DNA from: an uncultured Bacillales bacterium
Lineage (GTDB): Bacteria > Bacillota_I > Bacilli_A > RF39 > UBA660
DNA length: 64,000 nucleotides
Reading direction: 5' to 3'
Assembly: GCA_946412015.1 (NCBI GenBank)
Contig: CAMKGA010000006.1
Span: 127-64,126 of the forward strand
This document shows, one piece after another, positions 30,305 to 41,664 of this stretch. The notes beneath the pieces were generated by a model, which was given only the letters and a program-made list of their open reading frames with translations, searched no databases and was not told where the DNA came from. A program made the position numbers and the translations under genes. Each line of letters begins with the position of its first letter. The first letter of the stretch is position 1.

Positions 30305-32209
30305 CTACGCTCTATAATTATCTTCCATTGTAAATTCTACATTTTCTTCTATCCATTGTTTTCTAGGTTCAACTTTATCTCCCATAAGTACACTAACACG
30401 TCTTTCAGCAAGTGCTGCATCTGAAATACTAACTCTAATTAAACTACGAGTATCAGGATTCATTGTAGTTTCCCAAAGCTGATCAGCATTCATCTCTCCT
30501 AAACCTTTATATCTTTGAATAGAATACTTACCTGTATTTTCTTTTTTTATATCTTCTAATTCTTCATCTGTATATGCATAAAAATGCTTTTTCCCATAAT
30601 CTAACTTATATAAAGGAGGAAGAGCTATATAAAGTTTACCTTGTTCAATTAAGCCTCTCATATAATAGTAGAAGAATGTAAGAAGTAATATTTGAATATG
30701 AGCACCATCAACATCGGCATCGGTCATTATTATTACTTTATCATAATTAGAATCTTCAACAGTAAAATCTGACCCAACTCCTGCGCCTATTGTATGAATC
30801 ATTGTATTTATCTCTTCATTTTTAAGTATATCAGATAGTGATGCTTTAGCAGTATTAATTACTTTCCCACGAAGTGGTAATATTGCTTGAAATTTACGAT
30901 CACGTCCACCTTTAGCTGAACCGCCAGCAGAATCTCCCTCGACTAAGAATAATTCATTTTTCTTTGGATTCTTACTTTGTGCAGGAGATAACTTACCTGA
31001 TAAATTTTTCTCTATTTTATTTTTAGATTTACCATTACGTGCTTCATCTCTTGCTTTTCTTGCTGCTTCTCTAACTTGTTTACTTTTAACCATTTTTTCA
31101 ACAATCTTAGTAGCTACAGCTTTATTTTCTTCTAAGAAAAACTGTAATTTTTCACTAACAATACTTTCTACTGCATTACGAGCTTGTGGAGTTCCTAGTT
31201 TAGATTTAGTTTGCCCTTCAAACTGTAATAATGCCTCAGGTATATTTACCGATAATATTGTAGTTATTCCCTCTCTAGTATCTGGTCCTTCTAAATTTTT
31301 ATCTTTTGCTTTTAAATATCCATTACTTCTTGCATAATCATTAAATACACGTGTTAAAGCAGTCTTAAACCCTACCTCATGTGTTCCACCATCAGATGTT
31401 TTTACATTATTTACAAAAGATATAATATTTTCTGAATATGTATCTGTATACTGAAATGCAACACTAACTTCTATATTATCTTTAACACCTTCAAATTGTA
31501 CAACAGAATGTAGTTCACTTTTATCTTGATTTATATATTCAACAAATGATTTTAATCCGTTTAAATAACAATAACTTTCTTTTCTATCATTTATCTCATC
31601 TATTATATCTATAGTAAGTCCTTCAAGTAAAAATGCACTTTCTTGCATTCTTTCACATATAGTAGAAAATGAAAAATGTGTAGTCTGAAATATTGTGTCA
31701 TCTGGCATAAATCTAACACTAGTACCAGTCTTACTTGTTTTCATTCCTTTAGTAAGTGGTTGATCTAGTTTTCCACCATCTTTAAATGATATAGCATATT
31801 CATAGCCATCACGACGAATACTTACTTTCATCCATTTAGATAATGCATTAACAACACTAGCACCTACTCCATGAAGTCCACCTGATACTTTGTATCCACT
31901 AGATTCAAATTTTCCCCCAGCATGTAGAACTGTATATATAACCTCAGGAGTTGATTTACCAGTTGCATGTATTCCTACTGGAACCCCTCTACCTTCATCT
32001 TCTACACTAACACTAGAATCACTATGAATTGTAATTTTTATTTTTTTACCGTAACCATTTATTACCTCATCTATACTATTATCAACTATCTCCCATACTA
32101 AGTGATGAAGACCACGTTTATCAGTAGATCCGATATACATACCAGGTCTTTTTCTAACTGCTTCTAATCCCTCTAGTACTTTGATAGAATTCTCATCATA
32201 TTTTACCAT
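30305..32209 (-). CDS. parE: DNA topoisomerase IV subunit B
   Basis: EAVRKRPGMYIG, VEGDSAGG, PLRGK, MTDADVDG, C-terminal MGDKVEPRK; start MVKYDE. Confidence 0.95.
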   Translation of the reverse strand: MVKYDENSIKVLEGLEAVRKRPGMYIGSTDKRGLHHLVWEIVDNSIDEVINGYGKKIKITIHSDSSVSVEDEGRGVPVGIHATGKSTPEVIYTVLHAGGKFESSGYKVSGGLHGVGASVVNALSKWMKVSIRRDGYEYAISFKDGGKLDQPLTKGMKTSKTGTSVRFMPDDTIFQTTHFSFSTICERMQESAFLLEGLTIDIIDEINDRKESYCYLNGLKSFVEYINQDKSELHSVVQFEGVKDNIEVSVAFQYTDTYSENIISFVNNVKTSDGGTHEVGFKTALTRVFNDYARSNGYLKAKDKNLEGPDTREGITTILSVNIPEALLQFEGQTKSKLGTPQARNAVESIVSEKLQFFLEENKAVATKIVEKMVKSKQVREAARKARDEARNGKSKNKIEKNLSGKLSPAQSKNPKKNELFLVEGDSAGGSAKGGRDRKFQAILPLRGKVINTAKASLSDILKNEEINTMIHTIGAGVGSDFTVEDSNYDKVIIMTDADVDGAHIQILLLTFFYYYMRGLIEQGKLYIALPPLYKLDYGKKHFYAYTDEELEDIKKENTGKYSIQRYKGLGEMNADQLWETTMNPDTRSLIRVSISDAALAERRVSVLMGDKVEPRKQWIEENVEFTMEDNYRA

Positions 32210-32302
32210 GTTACCACCCTTAACATTATAGCACGCAAATTCAAGAAAAGTCAAAGAAAACAAGCAATTTTCATTGCTTGCAAATGTAATAAAAATTTAT
32301 AT

Positions 32303-32971
32303 TTATCTTAATTTTTCTACTGGAAAGTTAAAATATGTATTTTTATATGGTTCATTATTTAATGTAAAATGCCACCATTCATTATTTAATGGCATAAAAT
32401 TATATTTTTCCATAACATTTCTTAAATACTTTCTATTATCTAACTGCTTTTTTGTTAAATTTTTATAATAATAATGCGCAATATCACCAAAATTATCAAA
32501 ATTACATCCCATATCTATTTCTTCATTAGTTTTAATATCAACTAATGTTATATCAACAGTACTTCCTCTAGTATGAGAAGATAATAGTGAAATATAATCT
32601 TTTTCAATTAACTCTTTTTTAGATAAGTCTTTATAAAACATATCTTTCATTTTATTATCATCACTATTAACCCATCTTTTAAAATGTAATAGTGCTTTAT
32701 ATGGTCTATATGCATCTAATACTTTTATTTTATATCCATCTTTTAAAAAATGATTGCATGCATCATTTAAATAACTAGCAGCATATGAAGTTAAAAGTGC
32801 ACAATTATCTAAATAGCCATCTATTTTCTCACCTACAAAATTGTAACTAGAATAATACTTCATATCAATTATTATATTAGATATAATATCTTCTAAATTA
32901 ACAAAACTAGATGAATCTTCTGAAATAATATAATTTTGATTATTCACATTACCACCATACTTCACGTACAA
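32303..32971 (-). CDS. D-Ala-D-Ala dipeptidase (VanX/DdpX, M15)
   Basis: DAYRP, SSHTRGSTVD, EWWHF. Confidence 0.9.
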   Translation of the reverse strand: MYVKYGGNVNNQNYIISEDSSSFVNLEDIISNIIIDMKYYSSYNFVGEKIDGYLDNCALLTSYAASYLNDACNHFLKDGYKIKVLDAYRPYKALLHFKRWVNSDDNKMKDMFYKDLSKKELIEKDYISLLSSHTRGSTVDITLVDIKTNEEIDMGCNFDNFGDIAHYYYKNLTKKQLDNRKYLRNVMEKYNFMPLNNEWWHFTLNNEPYKNTYFNFPVEKLR

Positions 32972-32973
32972 AA

Positions 32974-33681
32974 TTATTTAGATTTTTTAGTTGTACTTTT
33001 TTTACTGTTTTCAATAACATTTATTAAATCTTTTTTATCTTTATTAGATTTTAATATGTATACAACTATTATAATAGCACTACATAAAACAATTGAAACA
33101 ATTAAAATAATATTATAATTTATTTCTAGTTTATTAGTTTTATCATTATTATTAGTATTATTTTTAGAATTTAATTTCTTTAAATCATCAAGACAATCAC
33201 TTTTACCTGATTCATAACATCCAACAATATCCTTATCTCCAGCTTCATATGCTTCATTTATAACATCTTCAAGAGAATCACTATATGATGTTGTTGCATA
33301 TAAATCACTTATTACAACAAATGGTGTTCCTTGATAAGTTGCATTTTCAAATCCTGCTTCATTAAATTCATTAGCAACTTTAACTCCTAAATCATAATCT
33401 TTCCCTTTTTTCCATTCAACATGATCTACATATAACTCTTTTTTTATAAGTTCAAACTTTTTATCATAAGAATCTAATCCTTTTAAATATTCTTCTTCCT
33501 CTTCACAGTAAGGACAACCACCTGCTTCAAACATATAAACTTTTACCTTTTTATCTTCCGCTTTAATTATTAATATTGGAACAAGTAACATTAAAACAAT
33601 TATAAATATAAATCTTTTTAAATTCTTCATTTTTCTACCTCCTAAAACATTATAACATGTTTTTTCAAATAAAAAAAGCAA
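32974..33681 (-). CDS. exported thioredoxin-fold membrane protein
   Basis: Signal peptide, CPYC, GTPF, C-terminal TM; true start probably MKNLKR. Confidence 0.75.
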   Translation of the reverse strand: MLFLFEKTCYNVLGGRKMKNLKRFIFIIVLMLLVPILIIKAEDKKVKVYMFEAGGCPYCEEEEEYLKGLDSYDKKFELIKKELYVDHVEWKKGKDYDLGVKVANEFNEAGFENATYQGTPFVVISDLYATTSYSDSLEDVINEAYEAGDKDIVGCYESGKSDCLDDLKKLNSKNNTNNNDKTNKLEINYNIILIVSIVLCSAIIIVVYILKSNKDKKDLINVIENSKKSTTKKSK

Positions 33682-33785
33682 ACGTTACGCTTACTTATTA
33701 ATTACAGGTTTATTAATTATATCAAAACCATTAATCATTATTTCATTATTTTTTTCTATCAAATTTAGCATTAGAAAAATCTAAA

Positions 33786-34505
33786 TTATTTATATTTTTT
33801 TGCACATATTAATATATATGTATTTTCAGGATGATAATTACAAGTTTGTATCACAACAATTCTATCATCAAAACTAACATCGACCCCTGTATCATATATT
33901 GAATTACTCTTTAAATAATTTAAATGTTCTAACCAAGAATTATCATCAAATTCAAGCTTCATATGAGTATTATTTCCTTTTTTTACAATCATAACTGAAA
34001 AAATTAACCATTTAGTATCTTCATTAAACTTTAAATCTACATATTTATTTTCTCTATAAAATGATTCATCTAAATATTTTTCTAAATCATGAAATGGTAC
34101 CGTATCTAATTTCCTAGCATTATGTCCAAATATAAGAATTTTTTTATCATCAACACTATTCCTATAATCCATAAACACTGCTCCAGCAATATCGTATTCT
34201 TTCTTTAAATTATGATTTAAATAATAATTATTGTCAGTTGTTTTAACTATATATTCATCTATATCAGTTCCAGATACTGTTATATTACCAATAATATCAT
34301 CATTACCATACGAATCTTTGGCATTTGTAATATCGTCTTTAGAATTCTCAATTGTTTTATTAATTATTTTTTTTACTTTTTTATTATCTAATTTTTTATT
34401 ATTTAAATTAAACAGGAACAATGTAGATAAAGTTATTAAAAAACAAGCAATTATTACAACAAATATATTTTTTTTCATATACTTCCCCCTTTTAATAACA
34501 AACAT
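33786..34505 (-). CDS. class B sortase
   Basis: N-terminal TM, NNYYLNH, FMDYRN, FGHN, QTC catalytic motif. Confidence 0.88.
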   Translation of the reverse strand: MFVIKRGKYMKKNIFVVIIACFLITLSTLFLFNLNNKKLDNKKVKKIINKTIENSKDDITNAKDSYGNDDIIGNITVSGTDIDEYIVKTTDNNYYLNHNLKKEYDIAGAVFMDYRNSVDDKKILIFGHNARKLDTVPFHDLEKYLDESFYRENKYVDLKFNEDTKWLIFSVMIVKKGNNTHMKLEFDDNSWLEHLNYLKSNSIYDTGVDVSFDDRIVVIQTCNYHPENTYILICAKKYK

Positions 34506-34559
34506 ATAATATATAATTTTTTTTAATTTGTCAACAAAAAAAAGACTACCTAAGCAGTC

Positions 34560-37500
34560 TTAATTTTTTAATATTTTTTTTGAAAACAATCCTAAAGATA
34601 GTATCATAAAAATCATTTTGATTATATATGTAATATCATTATTATTTGTGTCAACACCAGTATTAGGAGCTTCAATTTCATATCCACTACCTTTACCTTC
34701 TATTACATTATGAGTATTAGTTATATCAAAACCATTAATCATTGTTTCATAATAAGCAACTGGGTGTTCCAAAATAGTATATAAAATTTCAGTTCCGTTT
34801 GCATATTTATCTAAATCTTTAATTTGATATTGCCAATTATCATTTTCGTTTATAATAATTGTATCAAATAAAATACCATCTTTAAATAGATCTACTGTAA
34901 TTTCTATTGGTCTTAATCCATCATAATTATCTTTATCATCCCAAGTTTTATTAATTGTAATATCAATTTTTTCTGGAGTATGTGTATTTGTGATAGTTGA
35001 TGAAACAATATTATTTTCATCTATTTCATCATAATTTATTTCAGTACTATAACCATCAACTTCTTCTTCAACAATTTTATAACTTATCTCTACTCCATTA
35101 GCATATCTATCTAACTCATCAAATGAATAAGTCCAATTATTTTCAGCACTGATTACTGCAGTTTTAAATACTTCATCATTTTTATAAAGATATACTGTTA
35201 TACTTTCTGGTCTAATTCCATCCTGGTTATCTTTATCATCCCATACTTTTGTCGCTTTAAATGTAATTTTTTCTGGAACGTGAGTATTAGTTACATCATA
35301 ACCTGTTACTTCTTTTTCATATCCATCAACAGTATCTTCTGTAATTGTATAATTAATCTCTTTTCCTTCTGCATACTTATCTAATTCATCAAAGCTATAT
35401 GTCCAACCATTTACTGCAGTTACATCTTTTTTTGCAACTTCAGTTCCATTTGCATATAATCTTACTGTTATACTTTCTGGTCTTTTTCCATCTTGGTTAT
35501 CATTATCATCCCAAATTTTTGTACCAGATACACTTATTTTCTCTGCTTCATGCGTATTTGTAATATCATATCCATTTATTTCTGTTGAATAACCATCTAC
35601 AGCATCTTCTGTAATTGTATAATTAATCTCTTTTCCTTCTGCATACTTATCTAATTCATCAAAGCTATATGTCCAACCATTTACTGCAGTTACATCTTTT
35701 TTTGCAACTTCAGTTCCATTTGCATATAATCTTACTGTTATACTTTCTGGTCTTTTTCCATCTTGGTTATCATTATCATCCCAAATTTTTGTACCAGATA
35801 CACTTGTTTTAGAAGTTTCATGGGTATTTATAATAGTATTATTATCACCATAAGTAGTTGTATATCCATCTACACTTTCTTCCTTAACAGTATATTCAAT
35901 TTCTGTTCCATTATTATATTTTGGCAAATCAGTAAATGCAAATGCCCAATTCTTATTTTCACCTTCAGTAATTACACCTTCAGTAACGTAAGCACCATCT
36001 GCATATAACTTAACTATAATACTTGCTGGTCTTACCCCATCTTGATTATTAGCATCTTGCCATACTTTTCTACCTGTTACATTTGTTTTTTCTGGACTAT
36101 GAGTATTTGTTACTTTAAATCCTTCACTTACACTTCCTGTAATTGCTTTTTCATATCCTGCAATTTCTTTTTCATCTACAGTATATTCTATTTCTGTTCC
36201 ATTATTATATTTAGCTAAATTTTCAAATGTATATTTCCATTCATTTGCATCATTTAATGTTACTTTCTCTTTAACATTTCCATCTGCATATAATGTTATT
36301 TCTACATCTTTTCTAAGCCCATCTTGGTTATTATTATCATCCCAAGTTTTTTCTACATTTAACTTACCTGTATTATCATTAATTAATTCAGGTGTGTGTG
36401 TATTTGTTACTTTAAATCCTTCACTTACACTTCCTGTAATTGCTTTTTCATATCCTGCAATTTCTTTTTCATCTACAGTATATTCTATTTCTGTTCCATT
36501 ATTATATTTAGCTAAATTTTCAAATGTATATTTCCATTCATTTGCATCATTTAATGTTACTTTCTCTTTAACATTTCCATCTGCATATAATGTTATTTCT
36601 ACATCTTTTCTAAGCCCATCTTGGTTATTATTATCATCCCAAGTTTTTTCTACATTTAACTTACCTGTATTATCATTAATTAATTCAGGTGTGTGTGTAT
36701 TTGTTACTTTAAATCCTTCACTTACACTTCCTGTAATTGCTTTTTCATATCCTGCAATTTCTTTTTCATCTACAGTATATTCTATTTCTGTTCCATTATT
36801 ATATTTAGCTAAATTTTCAAATGTATATTTCCATTCATTTGCATCATTTAATGTTACTTTCTCTTTAACATTTCCATCTGCATATAATGTTATTTCTACA
36901 TCTTTTCTAAGCCCATCTTGGTTATTATTATCATCCCAAGTTTTTTCTACATTTAACTTACCTGTATTATCATTAATTAATTCAGGTGTGTGTGTATTTG
37001 TTACTTTAAATCCTTCACTTACACTTCCTGTAATTGCTTTTTCATATCCTGCAATTTCTTTTTCATCTACAGTATATTCTATTTCTGTTCCATTATTATA
37101 TTTAGCTAAATTTTCAAATGTATATTTCCATTCATTTGCATCATTTAATGTTACTTTCTCTTTAACATTTCCATCTGCATATAATGTTATTTCTACATCT
37201 TTTCTAAGCCCATCTTGGTTATTATTATCATCCCAAGTTTTTTCTACATTTAACTTACCTGTATTATCATTAATTAATTCAGGTGTGTGTGTATTTGTTA
37301 CTTTAAATCCTTCACTTACACTTCCTGTAATTGCTTTTTCATATCCTGCAATTTCTTTTTCATCTACAGTATATTCTATTTCTGTTCCATTATTATATTT
37401 AGCTAAATTTTCAAATGTATATTTCCATTCATTTGCATCATTTAATGTTACTTTCTCTTTAACATTTCCATCTGCATATAATGTTATTTCTACATCTTTT

Positions 37501-39827
37501 CTAAGCCCATCTTGGTTATTATTATCATCCCAAGTTTTTTCTACATTTAATTTACCTGTATTATCATTAATTAATTCAGGTGTGTGTGTATTTGTAATAT
37601 TATTACCTGAGATTACCGTTTCATAACCTGTAACTTGCTCTTCTTTTACTTGATATTTAATTTCATTACCGTTTTCATATTTTGGCAAATTATCAAAACT
37701 ATATGACCATCCATCATCTTCAGTTACATCTTTTTCTGCAACTAAATTTGATCCATTAAATACCCTTACTTTAATGCTTGCAGGTCTAATTCCATCTTGG
37801 TTATTATTATCATCCCAAGTTTTTTTGCCACTAACAACAGTTACTTTTGGAATATGTTTATTTATTATATTGCTTCCATCATAAGTTGTAACATAACCAT
37901 CAACTGTTGATACTTCTTTAACTTCATAGTTTATTAAATATTTTTCATCATTTTCATGACCTACTTGATATTTATATAGATCATCAAAACTATATGTCCA
38001 ATCAGTGCTTGTTAATGTTTTTCTAGCAACTATTACTCCATTAGCATTAAGTGTAATATTGATATTTGTAGGTCTTAATCCGTCTTGGTTATTAGCATCA
38101 TCCCATACTTTTTCACCAGATACATTAACTTTTGAACGACTTAATACATTTAATGTAACTTTAGCTTCTGCACTTACGACTTTACCAGTTTCTACACTAG
38201 GGTTTAAAGTTGTTTCAACGTAATATAAAAATTCAACCTCTCCACTTACATTTTCTTCTGAAACAAAAGTAAATGTTCCATTGTCATTCATTACTAAAGT
38301 TCCTTGCTTTACACCATCTTTTGAAATTTCATATTTATCTTCACTTATTTTCTTTGTATCATCAGTTTCAACAATAATAACTTTATCTGATACTCTAACA
38401 TTTTCATCAGTCTTTAAATTTTCATTTAAATCATTATCTAATACACTTTCTCCGTTTATGGTAGACTCTGCATAACCAACATAACTTGTTTTTTCACTAT
38501 AATGATCATCTTTTGTAATCATTGGAATTGCAACATTTGGTTTTTCAAATTCTAAAGTAATAGTTTTATTTTCTTCATCCTTATAATATGGATTATTATC
38601 ATCTACAGTAGTTGTTAAACTAGCATTTTGGTTTGTATAAATACTACCATAATAATTATCGTCTGCTTTTACTTCATATGTAATTTTGTAATCAGTGTTA
38701 GCATTTACATTACCAATATTCCAGGTAAGTGTTGTTGTACCATCTTCATTTTCTACAACATCAATACCCTGTTCTGTTAGCTTAATTTTAGCACCATCAG
38801 TTAATTTAAATTCTTTAGGAATTATATCTGTTACAACACTATCTTTACCTATTAATTCAACTAAACTATCACTAATTCCCTTGAATTTTTCTTTTAATTG
38901 TTCACCAGTTAATGCAGCATAATTAGCATAAACAGGTGTTGCAACTTGGGCTGAAGCTGGATTTATTTCTGATAAAGAATTTCCTGATTCTTTACCAAAT
39001 GCGATTGTATAAACATCGGCATCACTATAAGTACTCTTCAAAGAATCTAATTCCGATTTTGCAGCCTCCGATGGTTTAACCCATCTATAATCAGTACATC
39101 TATCATTTTTATTTTTAGCATAGCAAACTTGCACAGAATTATTATTATAACCATTACCAGCTTGAGCAGTTCCAGTAACTTGCTCTCCCTTCTTATTATA
39201 ATATGTATATGTATAATTAAAATATGTTGGCTCTCCATCGGTAAGTACTATAACTACTTTTTTAGCATCAGTTCTACCTCCAGACAAAATATCATTTGCT
39301 TTTGCAATTCCTGCTTGAACATTAGTTCCTTGATTATATATAGAACTAATACCACTTATAAAATCATTAATTGTTGTTTTATTGCTTGATAGTTCTTGTG
39401 AAGATTGTATGTCTGTCCCAAAAACAACAATTCCAATCTTAACATTATCTTTTCCTTCGTTGATTAAATTATCAACAAAATCACTAGCCGCATCTTTTGC
39501 TGCTTTTCTACGAGCTAGATTGTTTTGTTCATTAGCATCTTTATTATCCATACTAGACGAATTATCTATAACTAAAACAATATCTAACTTATTCTTAGCA
39601 TCAAGATTATAAGAATTTGCATTAACATCTAGTGTTACTTGTGCAAGTCTTCCTTCCTCTAGATTATCTTCACTAACGCCATCATATACTTTAGTAGCAT
39701 TTTTCTCAAGACTAATCTTACCAGCTTCATCTTTTGCATTAGTCATCAAAAATGTACCACCAACTATAATAGACGCTACTAACATAAATATATAGATAAA
39801 TTTATGCCTCTTTAATAAATCAATCAT
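34560..39827 (-). CDS. sortase-anchored adhesin: vWA domain plus multiple Cna-B repeats
   Basis: Signal peptide, DNSSSM and LTDG MIDAS motifs, KTWDDNNNQDG Cna-B units, APNTG followed by TM and basic tail. Confidence 0.92.
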   Translation of the reverse strand: MIDLLKRHKFIYIFMLVASIIVGGTFLMTNAKDEAGKISLEKNATKVYDGVSEDNLEEGRLAQVTLDVNANSYNLDAKNKLDIVLVIDNSSSMDNKDANEQNNLARRKAAKDAASDFVDNLINEGKDNVKIGIVVFGTDIQSSQELSSNKTTINDFISGISSIYNQGTNVQAGIAKANDILSGGRTDAKKVVIVLTDGEPTYFNYTYTYYNKKGEQVTGTAQAGNGYNNNSVQVCYAKNKNDRCTDYRWVKPSEAAKSELDSLKSTYSDADVYTIAFGKESGNSLSEINPASAQVATPVYANYAALTGEQLKEKFKGISDSLVELIGKDSVVTDIIPKEFKLTDGAKIKLTEQGIDVVENEDGTTTLTWNIGNVNANTDYKITYEVKADDNYYGSIYTNQNASLTTTVDDNNPYYKDEENKTITLEFEKPNVAIPMITKDDHYSEKTSYVGYAESTINGESVLDNDLNENLKTDENVRVSDKVIIVETDDTKKISEDKYEISKDGVKQGTLVMNDNGTFTFVSEENVSGEVEFLYYVETTLNPSVETGKVVSAEAKVTLNVLSRSKVNVSGEKVWDDANNQDGLRPTNINITLNANGVIVARKTLTSTDWTYSFDDLYKYQVGHENDEKYLINYEVKEVSTVDGYVTTYDGSNIINKHIPKVTVVSGKKTWDDNNNQDGIRPASIKVRVFNGSNLVAEKDVTEDDGWSYSFDNLPKYENGNEIKYQVKEEQVTGYETVISGNNITNTHTPELINDNTGKLNVEKTWDDNNNQDGLRKDVEITLYADGNVKEKVTLNDANEWKYTFENLAKYNNGTEIEYTVDEKEIAGYEKAITGSVSEGFKVTNTHTPELINDNTGKLNVEKTWDDNNNQDGLRKDVEITLYADGNVKEKVTLNDANEWKYTFENLAKYNNGTEIEYTVDEKEIAGYEKAITGSVSEGFKVTNTHTPELINDNTGKLNVEKTWDDNNNQDGLRKDVEITLYADGNVKEKVTLNDANEWKYTFENLAKYNNGTEIEYTVDEKEIAGYEKAITGSVSEGFKVTNTHTPELINDNTGKLNVEKTWDDNNNQDGLRKDVEITLYADGNVKEKVTLNDANEWKYTFENLAKYNNGTEIEYTVDEKEIAGYEKAITGSVSEGFKVTNTHTPELINDNTGKLNVEKTWDDNNNQDGLRKDVEITLYADGNVKEKVTLNDANEWKYTFENLAKYNNGTEIEYTVDEKEIAGYEKAITGSVSEGFKVTNTHSPEKTNVTGRKVWQDANNQDGVRPASIIVKLYADGAYVTEGVITEGENKNWAFAFTDLPKYNNGTEIEYTVKEESVDGYTTTYGDNNTIINTHETSKTSVSGTKIWDDNDNQDGKRPESITVRLYANGTEVAKKDVTAVNGWTYSFDELDKYAEGKEINYTITEDAVDGYSTEINGYDITNTHEAEKISVSGTKIWDDNDNQDGKRPESITVRLYANGTEVAKKDVTAVNGWTYSFDELDKYAEGKEINYTITEDTVDGYEKEVTGYDVTNTHVPEKITFKATKVWDDKDNQDGIRPESITVYLYKNDEVFKTAVISAENNWTYSFDELDRYANGVEISYKIVEEEVDGYSTEINYDEIDENNIVSSTITNTHTPEKIDITINKTWDDKDNYDGLRPIEITVDLFKDGILFDTIIINENDNWQYQIKDLDKYANGTEILYTILEHPVAYYETMINGFDITNTHNVIEGKGSGYEIEAPNTGVDTNNNDITYIIKMIFMILSLGLFSKKILKN
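35334..35805. repeat. two identical ~202-bp segments, period 270 bp
   Basis: 35334-35535 equals 35604-35805 by inspection. Confidence 0.85.
36103..37595. repeat. five tandem 297-bp Cna-B repeats
   Basis: Units start at 36103, 36400, 36697, 36994 and 37291; only one substitution noticed (37551). Confidence 0.95.
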
Positions 39828-40017
39828 TTTTCTCCTCCTATTCCAGGCTCATGCCTTGACAGTTTCTCTATTTTACACATTTTTTTTAAAATGTCAACCC
39901 AATTTTTTTAATTTAGTACTTTTTGTGATACATTATTTAAATTAAACCAACTTCATATTAATATTGCAATAAAAAAATATTTTTTATACAAAAAAATGTA
40001 TCCATTGATACATTAAA

Positions 40018-41259
40018 TTATTTTGTCACTAATTTTCTTTCTTTTCTTAAGTTATAAATATAATTATTGCCCTTGCTATTTATTGTTATTATATCATCAC
40101 TATAAATCTTTATTTTTCCCCTTTTTAATTTTATCTTACCATTTTCACTATATAAAGTATTATTATTGTTCACATCAGTTACCACAATACCACTATTTGT
40201 AATCTTTATATTGTCCTTATTTTCTACATTAATTCTATACTTATTTTTCATTTTCAAATTCTTATTATTAATAACATACAATTGAAATACATTTTCGCTA
40301 TCAGTTTTCTTTATTAAATATATATTTTTATCAGTAAAATTTATGTTAATATTATAAATGCCAATATTATTAAAATTCATAACATTATTTAGTGAATCAT
40401 TATAATTAGTTACTTCTTTTAACAATGTATTACTAATATTAGTTGGTTTTAAAAGATAATTTAAATTATTATCCAATATGCATATATCATCTTTGCTGTA
40501 AATAAAAATTTTATTATTATAATAATATATGTATTTTACATTTTCTAAGGCTTTTAACTCCTGTTTTTTTTCATCATAAATTTTATTGTTTTCATAATAT
40601 AAATTATGTTTTAATGAAAGTATTTTACCATTATTATCTAAATAAGGCAATGTTTCATTTTCTAACATTATATTTTCCTTATCTAAATAGTCTTTGTTTG
40701 TTGGATAATTTTCATATGTAATATCTTCTTTAGCATCATACAAAGTTTCATCATTATTATCTACAATAAAATAATCTTTATATAAACTATAACTTACAAA
40801 ATCGTTATCAATATTTGCATTATCAAATTTATATTTTTTCAAAACGTCGGAAGTAAATATATTTACTATTTCATAAATTATCTTACTATCTTTATTCTTT
40901 TTAATAAGTGCAAAACCATTTTTACTTACTGCAAGTATATGTGCTTTCGTGCAATAAAGTTCATTACCAAACATATCATATATATAATTAGTAATACTAT
41001 TATCGTTTGAATATATATATTTATTCATAATACTATATTCCTTATTCTTATTATTATCAATAATTGCCAATTGATTTAGAGAATAATCAAATATATTTGT
41101 CAAATCATCTGTAATTCCAACTATCAATTGATCCTTATCAGACAATGATAATATTTTTATTTCATCATTATTTTCATTTATCTTAACTTTTTTTGAACAA
41201 CCTGTCACCAATAATTCTAATATAGCAATAAAAATAAGAATAATTAAAATTTTTTTCAC
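40018..41259 (-). CDS. lipoprotein of unknown function
   Basis: GTG start, VTGC lipobox, beta-rich body. Confidence 0.7.
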   Translation of the reverse strand: MKKILIILIFIAILELLVTGCSKKVKINENNDEIKILSLSDKDQLIVGITDDLTNIFDYSLNQLAIIDNNKNKEYSIMNKYIYSNDNSITNYIYDMFGNELYCTKAHILAVSKNGFALIKKNKDSKIIYEIVNIFTSDVLKKYKFDNANIDNDFVSYSLYKDYFIVDNNDETLYDAKEDITYENYPTNKDYLDKENIMLENETLPYLDNNGKILSLKHNLYYENNKIYDEKKQELKALENVKYIYYYNNKIFIYSKDDICILDNNLNYLLKPTNISNTLLKEVTNYNDSLNNVMNFNNIGIYNININFTDKNIYLIKKTDSENVFQLYVINNKNLKMKNKYRINVENKDNIKITNSGIVVTDVNNNNTLYSENGKIKLKRGKIKIYSDDIITINSKGNNYIYNLRKERKLVTK

Positions 41260-41415
41260 ATTTACAACTCCATCTCAAATTAATTATAGCACATGAAAAA
41301 AGACAAGTAAAATAAAATAGTTATTAGTGAATACTCTATTTACATAATGATAATATAAAAAAAAAGTGCAGGCATTTTTTTGTCAACACTTTGTAAATTT
41401 AATAACAACCAAATG

Positions 41416-41664
41416 TTAATTATTAGAATTAATTTTATTTAAAGTCTGTTCTAATTTAGAATTATCAACATTATTTATTTGATACCATCCATAACTAACC
41501 ATTGTATTATAGGTTTCGGCTTGACTATCTAATATGTCATTTAATGATTCATTAAATAAATTTCTAATATCATCATTGGAACTCTCTTGGGTTCCATGCA
41601 CATACACCTCAACTGTACTCTTAAGTATAAGAAGATAATTATCTAAAAGTATTTGATCATTCAT
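41416..41664 (-). CDS. spore coat protein (CotF-like)
   Basis: D.L...K.....Y..G..ESSN..IR...GWY pattern. Confidence 0.75.
   Translation of the reverse strand: MNDQILLDNYLLILKSTVEVYVHGTQESSNDDIRNLFNESLNDILDSQAETYNTMVSYGWYQINNVDNSKLEQTLNKINSNN

Noticed and set aside
32303-32971. Vancomycin resistance cluster
   Set aside because: Lone VanX/DdpX-like dipeptidase with no vanH, vanA/B or vanRS neighbours.
36103-37595. Possible CRISPR array or mobile repeat
   Set aside because: The 297-bp units are in-frame coding repeats with no spacers, and there are no cas genes.
36394-37626. 410-aa plus-strand ORF
   Set aside because: Antisense shadow of the Cna-B repeats; it is long only because one stop-free unit is repeated.
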